A stretch of DNA of 64,000 bases, from assembly GCA_000004985.1 (NCBI GenBank), contig GG738858.1. One strand, 5' to 3'. Origin of the DNA: Naegleria gruberi. Taxonomy: Eukaryota. Shown here in pieces: positions 47,382 through 57,514 of this stretch. The notes beneath the pieces were generated by a model. It searched no databases and had not been told where the DNA came from. It saw only the letters and a program-made list of their open reading frames with translations. Made by a program: the position numbers and the translations under genes. Each line of letters opens with the position of its first letter. Position 1 is the stretch's first letter.

Positions 47382-49082
47382 TTGGAGATGAAGGATCTAA
47401 TAGAAAAAATTAAACTCAAGAAGATGAATAGTCAACAGAGTCAATCATCGGAGATGATCGATTTGAACAAAGAGGATGAAGAACAAGAACCAATATTTAC
47501 TACTTTATCACCAACAAAAGATGTAGAGGCTTCTTCTGAATTAAAGAGAAAATCACGAGATGAAGTTGAAGTGGATCACTCCAAGAGACAAAGAAGAGGA
47601 CACTTTACTATTGATTGTCTTCATATTATTTGTGAATTTTTACCACCACAAAAACTTGGAACAATTATGCTTGTTTGTAAGGATTGGGATGATTTACTCA
47701 AGACCAATTATTATTTCTGGTATTGCCTGTATAAGAGAATGTTTTTTGAAGATTTAAACATTAAGAGAGAAAATATTTCAGAATATGATTTCATGAAGGC
47801 ATTCAAAACAAGATATTCCTTTGTTTTGAAGTACTCAGTGGGTTCGTCTCTGTCTAGATTTTTGGTTGAGCAAGATAATCTTGTAGAAAAGGCATATAGA
47901 TCAGAAGAAAGTGATACTGCAATTGGCTTATTGTCTAAATGTATTGCTTCACAGAATGTACTTCGTAGATACTTTGATTTGCAACGAAAGCAAGTAGATT
48001 GTTCAGTTTCAAGTATCAAATTTTTGAAAGATATTGAAGATGTAAAAGAAGGAAGAAATAATGCCAAGTATTTGATAACAATTTTCCTTGAAAGAAGTGT
48101 TGATTTGACTGACGATGATAGTGATGATGATTTATTGGAAACTAATTTCACTAGGCATGATATTGGAGCTTTGGATAATATCATTAATCAATTCAAGAGG
48201 TTTAAAAAATCAAGAAATAGCATCGTTGTAACAAACTTCCTTAAATTTGGAACAGAAGATGAAGCTAGCCAAAAAATTGACTTTATTATAATTAGCTCTC
48301 TAGGACACCATATTTCGTTTACAGCAGATATTGAAACAAGAGTTTTAGATGAAACATATTTGGACTCTGGAAGAATTAAGGTATTTGGTAAAATTGCTGA
48401 AGAAAAAACTTCACAATTTCTGTTTGAGGTTTTGTTTGATGGTGAAACTGAAAGATCTAAATTCAATTTTAATCACGAATTCACTGAACGTTGTCTTAAG
48501 GAGCTTGGGTTGAAAGATATCAATCCAAGAACACTTTTGTATTTTATTACTAGACTAGTTGATTCTGATATTGATCCTCAGTTCTTCCTTAGAATTCAAC
48601 TTGGAATTATTAATTATAGCGAATTCAACTCAACTAAGCCTTACGAAAGAGAGGGAGAAGATGCATATGTTCAAAATCTATCAGATGAAGAAGAAGAGGA
48701 AGAAGAAGGCGAGGAAGAATTGACTGAGGAAGAAAGAAGATTTGTAGTCGAATCTGATGAAGAAGTGGAAGAAGAGGCCCCACCTGAGGAAGATATTACT
48801 ATTCTAAGTTCTGGAGATGAGATGGAGGATGACGAAGAGGAAGAAGAACAAGAGGAACCAAGCAGGGGTCCAACTAGGAAGGTTATCGAAGACGATGTGG
48901 AAGAAGTGGATGTAGATGATGACAAAGAGGAAGAGGAAGAGGAAAAGGTTGGAACTTTTTCTCCAACAATTGATTTAAATGAAAATTCTGAAGAAAATGA
49001 TACATCTACATCTGAAAATACTGAAAATAAGGAAGGAGGCACAAGTGATAAACCAGTTGAATTGGATTTTGATGACGAATAA
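47382..49082 (+). CDS. F-box-like protein with a long poly-acidic (E/D-rich) C-terminal tail, single exon
   Basis: FTIDCLHIICEFLPPQKLGTIMLVCKDWDDLLKTNYYFW is F-box-like; the C-terminus is EEEEEEEGEEELTEEE... Confidence 0.5.
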   Translation: MEMKDLIEKIKLKKMNSQQSQSSEMIDLNKEDEEQEPIFTTLSPTKDVEASSELKRKSRDEVEVDHSKRQRRGHFTIDCLHIICEFLPPQKLGTIMLVCKDWDDLLKTNYYFWYCLYKRMFFEDLNIKRENISEYDFMKAFKTRYSFVLKYSVGSSLSRFLVEQDNLVEKAYRSEESDTAIGLLSKCIASQNVLRRYFDLQRKQVDCSVSSIKFLKDIEDVKEGRNNAKYLITIFLERSVDLTDDDSDDDLLETNFTRHDIGALDNIINQFKRFKKSRNSIVVTNFLKFGTEDEASQKIDFIIISSLGHHISFTADIETRVLDETYLDSGRIKVFGKIAEEKTSQFLFEVLFDGETERSKFNFNHEFTERCLKELGLKDINPRTLLYFITRLVDSDIDPQFFLRIQLGIINYSEFNSTKPYEREGEDAYVQNLSDEEEEEEEGEEELTEEERRFVVESDEEVEEEAPPEEDITILSSGDEMEDDEEEEEQEEPSRGPTRKVIEDDVEEVDVDDDKEEEEEEKVGTFSPTIDLNENSEENDTSTSENTENKEGGTSDKPVELDFDDE

Positions 49083-49184
49083 ATCCTCAAATATTGTAAA
49101 TTTTGCCCGCCAAAATATTTCAAGTCAAACAAGGAAAACAAAAAGAAGAACGTTTTCTAAAATAAATATTATTAAAAAAATAAA

Positions 49185-51617
49185 ATGAAAGCCAACTTGA
49201 GTGTGATCAAGTTATCGGATGATTCACTCCAAACATCTACTCATCCACTTTCTAATATATTTAATGATAATGACACTAAATTCGAAACAAGTATATCCTG
49301 TAAACATGTTTATATTTATTTAAATATTAATGATGATAACTTTAAAATTGATAAAATTATTGTCAAGAATAATGGAGCCAATGTAATTGAAGTTTTCGGA
49401 TTGGAGAAAGGATCGTTTGATGATAGTAATGGATCATGTATTCTACCATCAAGTTCCATGTTAAAATTTCATGAAACAAAAAGTAGGACCAAACTTAATG
49501 AACTTTATGTTTTCGATAAGAAACAATTGAATCGTGCAGCTCTTGTGAGACAAGATGAAAAAGATTTTAAAGGATGGAAGAAACTTTCTGTTAAAATTAC
49601 ACAAACATTTGGTGATTATCCTTTCGGATTGCAATACTTTGCCCTTGAGAGTGAATCATCATCATCAGCAAAAACAGATGAATCGAACAAAATGTCTGAT
49701 GAATGTTCTACACCATTAATTATAAGAGGATCCACTTTGGATATTCCTTTCCTTTCCGATGATGATGAACCTATGATAAGTGGACAAGATCAATTAGAGG
49801 AAGCTAGAAAAATGGCAAAAACCAAATTGACCTTATCACCAGCATTGAATATTACTCCAGATCTTGGATCTTCTTCTTCAACACCTTCCAAACCTAAGAA
49901 AAGAACCTTACCAAGTGGTATTGCTGCTAAACCTCAAAAGACTCAAAAGAAGAATGATTTAAGTGATGACAGTGAAAAATCAGATAAGGAAACTAAAAAG
50001 AAAACTAAAAAGCCAGCAGCCAAGACAGACAAAAAACGACCAAAATTTAAATCTATTAGTGACGATGATGACGATAAGGCATCTGCCAGTGATAGCTCAT
50101 CTAAAAAGAAAAAGACAACTAAGAAAGCTGATGCTAAAAAGCCAACCAAAAGAAAAACAACCAAAAAGAAAAAGACATTGGACGATCCATCAGATACAGA
50201 CGATGAAGAAGAATTAATTGATAATGCAAGTGATGCTGATGAAAATGGAAATTTGGCAGGTTTTGTTGTCAGTAACAAAACAGTCATCAAAGATAATAAG
50301 AAACTTCAGGATGGTCCAGTTTGTACAAATAAGACTGATGTTTTACAAGGATGTATTATAGCTATTAGTGGTATTCAGAATCCAAAGAGAACAGAAATTA
50401 GAGAGGCTGCCATGGCTATTGGTGCAAAATATAGACCTCAATATACAGCTGACACTACTCACTTAATTGCTGCCTTTGTTGATGATAGAAATGAAAAGAG
50501 TAAGCAAGCAAAGAAAGCTGGTGCATTCATTGTAAATGCAGAATGGGTTTTTGATTGTGAAAAGAATTCCAGGAGAATGAATGAAAGTAAATATTCTATG
50601 CTGAAGGATGAAAGTGAAGACGAGATTGAAGGTTCTGATGAGGAATATCAATTATCTTCTTCAAGTGATGATCTATTGGGAGATGGTGAGGATAGAGAAT
50701 ATCGTCCAAAAAGAAAAAAGAGAAAGGTAGTAGAAAAGAAGACCAGATCTGTGAAAAAGGAAAGTGACGACGAAACTAATGATGATGGAAACGAAAGCGA
50801 TAAATCGCTAGGAAAAAGTAATAGCCAAAGTTTAGCTCCACCTCCAATTGTAAAATCAGAAAAGAAGGAAAATAGTCAAGTTAAATCCGAAGTAAATTCT
50901 GATGAACAGCAGGTAGTGGCTGATATTCCAATTAAGGTTGAAGAACTCAAAGTTAAGGAAGAAGAGAGCAAACCAATAGCTCAAGACTGTGCCATGGAAG
51001 ATGATATTCTTTCCTCGTCTGATGAACAAGAAGTTTTAAGATTGAAGAGTTTTTATGACAGTGGAAATTATTCGAAATCTTTTTCTGATTTTATTGTTGA
51101 GGATATATTTGCCTTAGCTTACCAAACAGCACAGGATGGAGAGCTTTTTGACTACTTTGACAAGTGGTCACTTAAAACACCAAGTCCAAAGTTTATTAGA
51201 ATGATTGCAAGATCATCCGTTGAAGGTCCAGAGGAAGTAGTCAAACAGTTGGATGAATGCAGAGATAATATTTTAAAATATATTGAGGTCAACTTTGCCT
51301 CTAAAAAACCTAAAACAGATGTAAAGATTGATGGACCTTCAAAAGCACTTCCATCCTTCTTTGCGGGGTGTGTATTCTTTATTGATAGGGCAGTCAAAGG
51401 CAAACAAGAACTCACAAGGTATATCATTTCTTACGGAGGTGAGATTGCGACCAACTTTGAGGAAAGGAAAAATGATATAACACATGTACTTGTAAGCTCT
51501 GAGTATGAGGGCAATATTGCATATAATGATAAGGTAGTAGTGGACTTTAAATTTGTTTTGCACAGTCATAAGAGACAGAGAAAATTGAATGAGGAAGCTT
51601 ATTCTGCTGATTATTAA
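49185..51617 (+). CDS. XRCC1: XRCC1 ortholog (DNA single-strand-break repair scaffold): XRCC1 N-terminal domain, K-rich linker, BRCT1, acidic linker, BRCT2; single exon, 810 aa
   Basis: BRCT1 GCIIAISGIQNPKRTEIREAAMAIGAKYRPQYTADTTHLIAAF...GAFIVNAEWVFDC matches human GVVVVLSGFQNPFRSELRDKALELGAKYRPDWTRDSTHLICAF...GRIVRKEWVLDC. BRCT2 FFAGCVFFIDRAVKGKQELTRYIISYGGEI matches FFQGKHFFLYGEFPGDERRKLIRYVTAFNGEL. Confidence 0.85.
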   Translation: MKANLSVIKLSDDSLQTSTHPLSNIFNDNDTKFETSISCKHVYIYLNINDDNFKIDKIIVKNNGANVIEVFGLEKGSFDDSNGSCILPSSSMLKFHETKSRTKLNELYVFDKKQLNRAALVRQDEKDFKGWKKLSVKITQTFGDYPFGLQYFALESESSSSAKTDESNKMSDECSTPLIIRGSTLDIPFLSDDDEPMISGQDQLEEARKMAKTKLTLSPALNITPDLGSSSSTPSKPKKRTLPSGIAAKPQKTQKKNDLSDDSEKSDKETKKKTKKPAAKTDKKRPKFKSISDDDDDKASASDSSSKKKKTTKKADAKKPTKRKTTKKKKTLDDPSDTDDEEELIDNASDADENGNLAGFVVSNKTVIKDNKKLQDGPVCTNKTDVLQGCIIAISGIQNPKRTEIREAAMAIGAKYRPQYTADTTHLIAAFVDDRNEKSKQAKKAGAFIVNAEWVFDCEKNSRRMNESKYSMLKDESEDEIEGSDEEYQLSSSSDDLLGDGEDREYRPKRKKRKVVEKKTRSVKKESDDETNDDGNESDKSLGKSNSQSLAPPPIVKSEKKENSQVKSEVNSDEQQVVADIPIKVEELKVKEEESKPIAQDCAMEDDILSSSDEQEVLRLKSFYDSGNYSKSFSDFIVEDIFALAYQTAQDGELFDYFDKWSLKTPSPKFIRMIARSSVEGPEEVVKQLDECRDNILKYIEVNFASKKPKTDVKIDGPSKALPSFFAGCVFFIDRAVKGKQELTRYIISYGGEIATNFEERKNDITHVLVSSEYEGNIAYNDKVVVDFKFVLHSHKRQRKLNEEAYSADY

Positions 51618-51626
51618 ATAAATAAT

Positions 51627-53300
51627 TTATGATCTTTCGAAAAGTAATCTTTGACCTCTGACCTTTTCATTAATTTCTCCTTCATCATAAACAAGAGCAC
51701 CATTAACGAAAGTCTTTTTGACTTTTGACTTGAATGTATGACCTTCAAATGGAGACCATCCACACTTGTACAAAATGTTACTCTTATCAACAGTCCATGG
51801 GTCATCTAAATCAACCAAAACCAGATCAGCCTTAAATCCCTTTCTAATAAAACCTCTCTTTTCAATTTGGAAAACAATGGCAGGATTGTGACACATCTTT
51901 TCCACAATCTTTTCCAAGCTAATTTTTCCTTGATGATAAAAATCGAGCATGGCAACTAGGCTGTGTTGAACAAGTGGACCACCAGATGCTGCTTTGAAGT
52001 AACTACTTGTCTTTTCACTGATTGTGTGAGGGGCGTGATCTGTAGCAATGACATCTAAACGATCATCCAATAGAGCTTTCCACAATCCTTCTCTATCTTG
52101 TTCAGTCTTTACAGATGGATTCCATTTAATAAATGCTCCCTTAGTTTCATAATCCTTATCACTGAACCACAAGTGGTGAATACAAACTTCAGATGTAATT
52201 CTCTTCTTTGCAAGAGGTGTTTCATTGTCGAATAAATGAGTTTCTCTTTCAGTGGAAATGTGGAAAATATGCAAACGAGTATTGTGCTTTTTAGCCAAAG
52301 AAACAGCATATGAGGATGAAAGATAACATGCTTCAGCACTTCTAATATCTGGATGGCATCTAATTGGAACATCTTCACCATACTTTTCCTTATGAATTTT
52401 AGAATTTTCACGAATTGTCTTTTCATCTTCACAGTGAGCAGCAATCAATAATTTAGTTTTAGAAAAGATATCATCCAATACCTTAGGATCATCCACTAAC
52501 ATATTTCCAGTACTACTTCCCAAGAATAACTTAATTCCAGCAACATTTCTACCATTGGTCTTTAAAATTTCATCCAAATTTGTCAAAGTACCTCCAAGCA
52601 TGAATGAATAATTAATTAGTGACGAATTCTGTGCAATTTGGAATTTTTGCTCTAATAATTCTTGTGTGGTAGTTTGAGGATTAGTATTTGGTTGTTCAAT
52701 AAATGTTGTGACACCTCCAGCAGCTGCAGCTCTAGATTCAGTAAAGATATTAGCTTTGTGAGTCAATCCAGGTTCTCGGAAGTGCACTTGATCATCAATT
52801 ACACCAGGAAGTAAATGTAAACCAGTTCCATTAATAAACTTATCATATTCTCGATCTGCCATAATATTACTCAATTTATCTTGGTCATTCTCTTGATGTA
52901 AAATCATTTTAATTTTTTCTCCTTCAATAAGTACTGATCCTAAGAACATTTCATTATCATTCACAATAGTAGCATTATAAATTAAAGTTTTAGTCCTATC
53001 TCTATTTGAAACACTATCCAATCTCATATATAATCTAACAAGAACAGCAATAACTACAAAGTACAATGGTACTTTGAGCCAAGCAGGTCTTTTGTCCTTT
53101 CTCCTTCTCGTTGTAGAAGTTGTTGTCGATTCCGAAGCATCTTCTCCCTTATTCCCCTGAGAACGTCTATTTTTCAATACATTGTCTGCAACAGTGGTGA
53201 AACTTGCCTTCTCATCCTTCTCGTCTCCAGTGTTGTTGGATGATGATGAGGTTATCTTCTTATCGGTCATTTTTTTCTTCTTTCTTTTCAAAACCTTCAT
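51627..53300 (-). CDS. Type-I dihydroorotase-like cyclic amidohydrolase (DHOase/allantoinase superfamily) with a ~140-aa N-terminal extension containing a basic region and a TM anchor; single exon
   Basis: VIDDQVHFREPGLTHKANIFTESRAAAAGGVTTFIEQPNT ... IAAHCEDE ... VIATDHAPHTISEK (bacterial PyrC-like ATDHAPH) ... TM AWLKVPLYFVVIAVLVRLYM. Confidence 0.7.
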   Translation of the reverse strand: MKVLKRKKKKMTDKKITSSSSNNTGDEKDEKASFTTVADNVLKNRRSQGNKGEDASESTTTSTTRRRKDKRPAWLKVPLYFVVIAVLVRLYMRLDSVSNRDRTKTLIYNATIVNDNEMFLGSVLIEGEKIKMILHQENDQDKLSNIMADREYDKFINGTGLHLLPGVIDDQVHFREPGLTHKANIFTESRAAAAGGVTTFIEQPNTNPQTTTQELLEQKFQIAQNSSLINYSFMLGGTLTNLDEILKTNGRNVAGIKLFLGSSTGNMLVDDPKVLDDIFSKTKLLIAAHCEDEKTIRENSKIHKEKYGEDVPIRCHPDIRSAEACYLSSSYAVSLAKKHNTRLHIFHISTERETHLFDNETPLAKKRITSEVCIHHLWFSDKDYETKGAFIKWNPSVKTEQDREGLWKALLDDRLDVIATDHAPHTISEKTSSYFKAASGGPLVQHSLVAMLDFYHQGKISLEKIVEKMCHNPAIVFQIEKRGFIRKGFKADLVLVDLDDPWTVDKSNILYKCGWSPFEGHTFKSKVKKTFVNGALVYDEGEINEKVRGQRLLFERS

Positions 53301-53422
53301 ACAAAATTTGAGTAAGCCTAGTAACCCTGACCAATTGAGTTGGTGGGTACTTGTAAAAAAGACATATTATTTCTTTATGGCTTGCAATATGAGGCATCTC
53401 TCAAAAGTTTAATTCTATAATA

Positions 53423-54214
53423 ATGAAAATTAAATTAAAATTGAAAAAAATGTTTCTTCTGGATGGAGTGCCTTCCATTGATCAATACAAGGAGGGTTTA
53501 CCGACTGGTTGTGAGGCCACAGCTGCTGCACAGGCTTTACAATATTTGGGAGTGAAAGTGAGTGCAATGCAAGTGGTGCAAATGCTCAAGAGAGAACCAT
53601 TCATGTTTTCTTTCGGAAATACAATTGGAAATGATGAAAATAAATTGAATAGATTTGGTGGAAATCCGAATAGAGCATTTGTTGGTGATCCATTGAGTGC
53701 ATCTGTTGGAATGGGGTAATTATTTGATGATATTTAAAGCTTAGGTATTTTACAATAATTATTCACATTGGAAAGAGTTTATGAAAAACCAGTGAGAGAG
53801 TTGGTGAATGGAATGTTTATTCCAATGATGATGAAAAGACCAATTGATGATAGACAAATTATTGGAGTTAAAGAATTGTCTCAATCATCGCTTGATTATA
53901 TACTTGATTATTTGGAAAGAACCAAAGTACCGATTGTTATTTGGACAACTCTGAAACAAAGAGAGCCATTCTTTGTGGAAGAAGAAGTGTGGTATGATTA
54001 TTTAGATAGAAATTGTATCATTAAATGGAAGAGTCCAGAACATTGTGTCACTTTGGTCGGATTCACAAATGAAAATGTCATTGTCAATGATCCAGATACA
54101 GGCAAACAAGAACATTATGATAGGAAGATATTCGAGAAGAGATTTATTGAGATGGGCTCCATGGCCTTCTCTTTTACAATTGATGAGGGAGATAAGTGTC
54201 TTAATGATTATTGA
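53423..54214 (+). CDS. Peptidase_C39-like (YvpB/BtrH-type) cysteine peptidase domain protein; exons 53423..53715 and 53776..54214
   Basis: LLDGVPSIDQYKEGLPTGCEATAAAQALQYLG (bacterial consensus LDVP.I.Q....GCE.TS.AM.L.Y.G, catalytic Cys), downstream HCVTLVGF (His) and VIVNDPD (Asp). GTAATT donor, phase-2 intron of 60 nt gives ..SVGMG|VYEKPV.. Confidence 0.6.
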
Positions 54215-54395
54215 GATTAAATTTACGCATACATCTCAGTGCCACTGATCATGCAGTGATTCTCAATATCAACGGTGTTATCTTTATCCAAATTCACGGA
54301 CTAATAAGGAGATAGATTAACAAGGACCAAATACTTCCCGCCAAATAAACTACCGTTAATCGCTACAAACAGTTTAAAAAATTCAATAATAAAAA

Positions 54396-55553
54396 ATGTC
54401 TCTAAACAAAAAGAATGTTTCCTATCCGGTAGGCAACAGATCACTATCAGCTTTAGCCTCTAATCGTAAATTTTTCGGAAAACATCTTGATGAGAATGGA
54501 AATATGCCATCAGCTGGGGCAAAAACTAGGCCGAGAGATCTTAATGATACGCTGTACAGAACAAATCCCAACCTTAAAAAGAGTGATTTTTCTGCAGAAA
54601 AGATACAAAAACTTCAAATCAGAAAGAGAGAATCTAGGATAACAGAACGACCAATACAAGAGGAATTGGAGCACAAAAAACAAGTTTCCGAGAAGTTTAG
54701 CTACTTTGTAAATACACGACCTTGCTTCTCTTATTCATTTCACCCTGACGTCAATGAATATGCCAAACAAAATGAGACAATTTTCTCAACAAGTATTGGA
54801 ATGAATTGGAAGATCAATGAAAAATCGAGGCATGAATTGGAAAATTCAAAACCAAAACATATCGAGGATTGTAGAAAAGAAAAGGAACTAGAGAGAATGT
54901 TTTACTTTAAATCACTTGACAAAGTACCTAAGAGAGATGAATCTGAACATCAGAATAAGGTGAAGATTGATAGATTTACCACATCTCCTGATAGGAAAGA
55001 AGTGGCGGCAAGAAAACAGTCAACTAGAGATAATTTATTACACCATAGATACTTACCTATCAATGGACCAACCAACGTAACATCAACCGAAGGCAGATTT
55101 AACGACTCCCTTAAACAATTCTTCCCTTTCGAACCAAAACTTAGATACGGTAAAACAGAGTTCAAAGACACTGATAATATTCATATACCAGAAGAAACGT
55201 CCCCTCTATTTTGTTCTGAAGCTGATAGATTAGTCAACAAAATAGTCGATGCAGATATATTCCAAAACGACGTGTATGCTGATTTAAGGAGGAAAAACAT
55301 GGCAATTACGAAATCAAGAGCAGATAGAAGAAGACAAAGCGAGCATGATGTGCGAGAGAATGCTCAGAAATTGGAAGATTTGAGTGAGCAGAAGAAACTA
55401 GCAAGGGAATCTGCCATTCGAACACTGAAAGAAAAGTACATTCAGGTTGTCCATGATAATGACCCAGCTCATGGGTATAACTTTTGTTCTGGTGAAAGAC
55501 ACGAACTAGTACAATCGAAAAATATTGGTTATCAAAGTTGTTTTCAAGAATAA
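54396..55553 (+). CDS. Hypothetical basic (K/R/E-rich) protein, 385 aa, single exon
   Basis: Long ORF with ATG in an A-rich context; no family recognised. Confidence 0.35.
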   Translation: MSLNKKNVSYPVGNRSLSALASNRKFFGKHLDENGNMPSAGAKTRPRDLNDTLYRTNPNLKKSDFSAEKIQKLQIRKRESRITERPIQEELEHKKQVSEKFSYFVNTRPCFSYSFHPDVNEYAKQNETIFSTSIGMNWKINEKSRHELENSKPKHIEDCRKEKELERMFYFKSLDKVPKRDESEHQNKVKIDRFTTSPDRKEVAARKQSTRDNLLHHRYLPINGPTNVTSTEGRFNDSLKQFFPFEPKLRYGKTEFKDTDNIHIPEETSPLFCSEADRLVNKIVDADIFQNDVYADLRRKNMAITKSRADRRRQSEHDVRENAQKLEDLSEQKKLARESAIRTLKEKYIQVVHDNDPAHGYNFCSGERHELVQSKNIGYQSCFQE

Positions 55554-56033
55554 GTTTAACAATGTTTGGCAATACGACTGAACTGATCATCTAAATATTG
55601 TGTGTTAACTTCGCACATCATCTATGGCTCAACAACTTTGTAAATAAAAATGAGCAATCCAATGTTTTACTGTATCTGAAATGAAAATAATATTTCAGTT
55701 TACCTTTCTGCTGGTTTAAAAGAAACGAATTCATCACCATGAAATCACTGTTATTTTTGTTGTATTCATTCATCTGGTATTTCATTTGTTGTTCCAATTC
55801 CTCACTTGCCAATTTCTATACAACCTAATTGTATCCTGGGATTCCAAAGCTTGTTAATAAAAGTGCTTTTCCTTGTTCTTCCGGAAATCTGCATCACTTG
55901 GACGACCAAATTAATAATTCACTGAGGTGATTTTCAAGTTCCAAACCATTTTAGAAGCAGTATTTACCAGCTACGATTACTGTAGTCTATTTCACTTGAA
56001 AAATCAACACTCATACAGCATTAAAAAAACACC

Positions 56034-57383
56034 ATGAAGCGTTCCTTAATATCCAGTACTTACCTCGAAGGAGTATCATCAGCTGTATTGTTGCTGTTGG
56101 TTTCTTTCACATGTTGTTTATTTGCTACAACACTTAATGCAGCTGTTTTGCCAAATAGACAATACAAAGTTGATGCGCAAGGATCTAGAAGGGCTCCCTT
56201 CTCTGCAACACATAATGATTATGCTCAACCAATTACTCCAGTAGTCAGTACCTTTGAATACACACCCATGGCTATGATTTATCACAGTGGATGGAACAGG
56301 TTCTTGTTGGGTACTCTTAAACTTGAGCCTCATCCAGGATTTGCCACTGAGACCTTCTTTTCTGGAATGATCACTGTTGACGCTCTAACTGGAAAGGTTG
56401 CGAATGGGGGATTTCAATTGGAGAAGGGATATTCTCTTTCGGCTCCTGTCTTGTTGAGTACTAAGGGGTATTTATATGTTCCTTTATGTTTTAAGTATTG
56501 CTTCGTGAGCATTGTTAATACTTTGGATTGGTCCCTTTCTTGGTCCAATGTTGAATCACATGCAACTTCAGTTCTTGTTGAAAGTGTCAAATGTTACATT
56601 TATCTTCAACAAAAGAGTATGAAATGTTTAGATATGGATAATCTTGCCACAGTCAAGTGGACAATAACTATTCCTGAATATAGTTATAGTACTGGTTCCC
56701 TTTTGTTGGTGAATGAAAATAATGAGGAAATTGTCTATTATAACGGTGTAAAGAGTATTTCAAAAGTGTCTCCAAAACAAGCCAAAATTCTTACAACAGT
56801 TGAACCTGGATATGTTCAATCAATAGCACATACTGGATTATCATCTTTTGTGGTAGCAATTGTTAAAACACAAGATGGTTTAGATGCATTCGGTATTGTT
56901 CATGTTGATTCTGGAAAATCCAGTTTTTCAAATGGTATTGGAACACTAACAACATATTTATACCCATCAGTAACATGTATTGAAAATCCTCAACCTAATA
57001 CTTACATTTTCAAATCGTTAGCTTATTTGACAGTTCCTGTCAATGGATCACCTACTAAAATACTGTACCACTTCTCAACAACTGTAACCATTGCAAAGGA
57101 TGGTGTTGTTTCGATTGCAACACCACAATTATTCAAACTTAATGAATTGAAATCTAAAACAGTTTCATTTGCATCTGTTTCAAAAGATAATTGTCAAGTT
57201 GTTTTATACAGAAATGGAATGTATAGCAAGTTGGATCTTCACTCTGGAACCTTTATGATGAATGTTGGATCTGTAACTAAAGGCGAGTCATTTAATGATT
57301 TAATGTTAGGTGCTGATAATGGAAGAGTTTATACCATTGTTGGAAATGCTAAAACATATCTTGAATCTATTATATTAAACTAG
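56034..57383 (+). CDS. Hypothetical secreted protein (N-terminal signal peptide; possibly beta-propeller-like repeats), 449 aa
   Basis: Hydrophobic N-terminus VLLLLVSFTCCLFATTLNA; recurring YxxG/ValxxG strands; no family recognised. Confidence 0.4.
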   Translation: MKRSLISSTYLEGVSSAVLLLLVSFTCCLFATTLNAAVLPNRQYKVDAQGSRRAPFSATHNDYAQPITPVVSTFEYTPMAMIYHSGWNRFLLGTLKLEPHPGFATETFFSGMITVDALTGKVANGGFQLEKGYSLSAPVLLSTKGYLYVPLCFKYCFVSIVNTLDWSLSWSNVESHATSVLVESVKCYIYLQQKSMKCLDMDNLATVKWTITIPEYSYSTGSLLLVNENNEEIVYYNGVKSISKVSPKQAKILTTVEPGYVQSIAHTGLSSFVVAIVKTQDGLDAFGIVHVDSGKSSFSNGIGTLTTYLYPSVTCIENPQPNTYIFKSLAYLTVPVNGSPTKILYHFSTTVTIAKDGVVSIATPQLFKLNELKSKTVSFASVSKDNCQVVLYRNGMYSKLDLHSGTFMMNVGSVTKGESFNDLMLGADNGRVYTIVGNAKTYLESIILN

Positions 57384-57514
57384 TCAATAAACCCAACAAT
57401 AATTAGTTGATTTCATTCATAAAATATTTCCCACATCATGATCCTTGATTGAAAATGATAATAATACTAATAGGAATGTTCATCAACATGTTGTGATTTG
57501 TAATAATAATAAAA

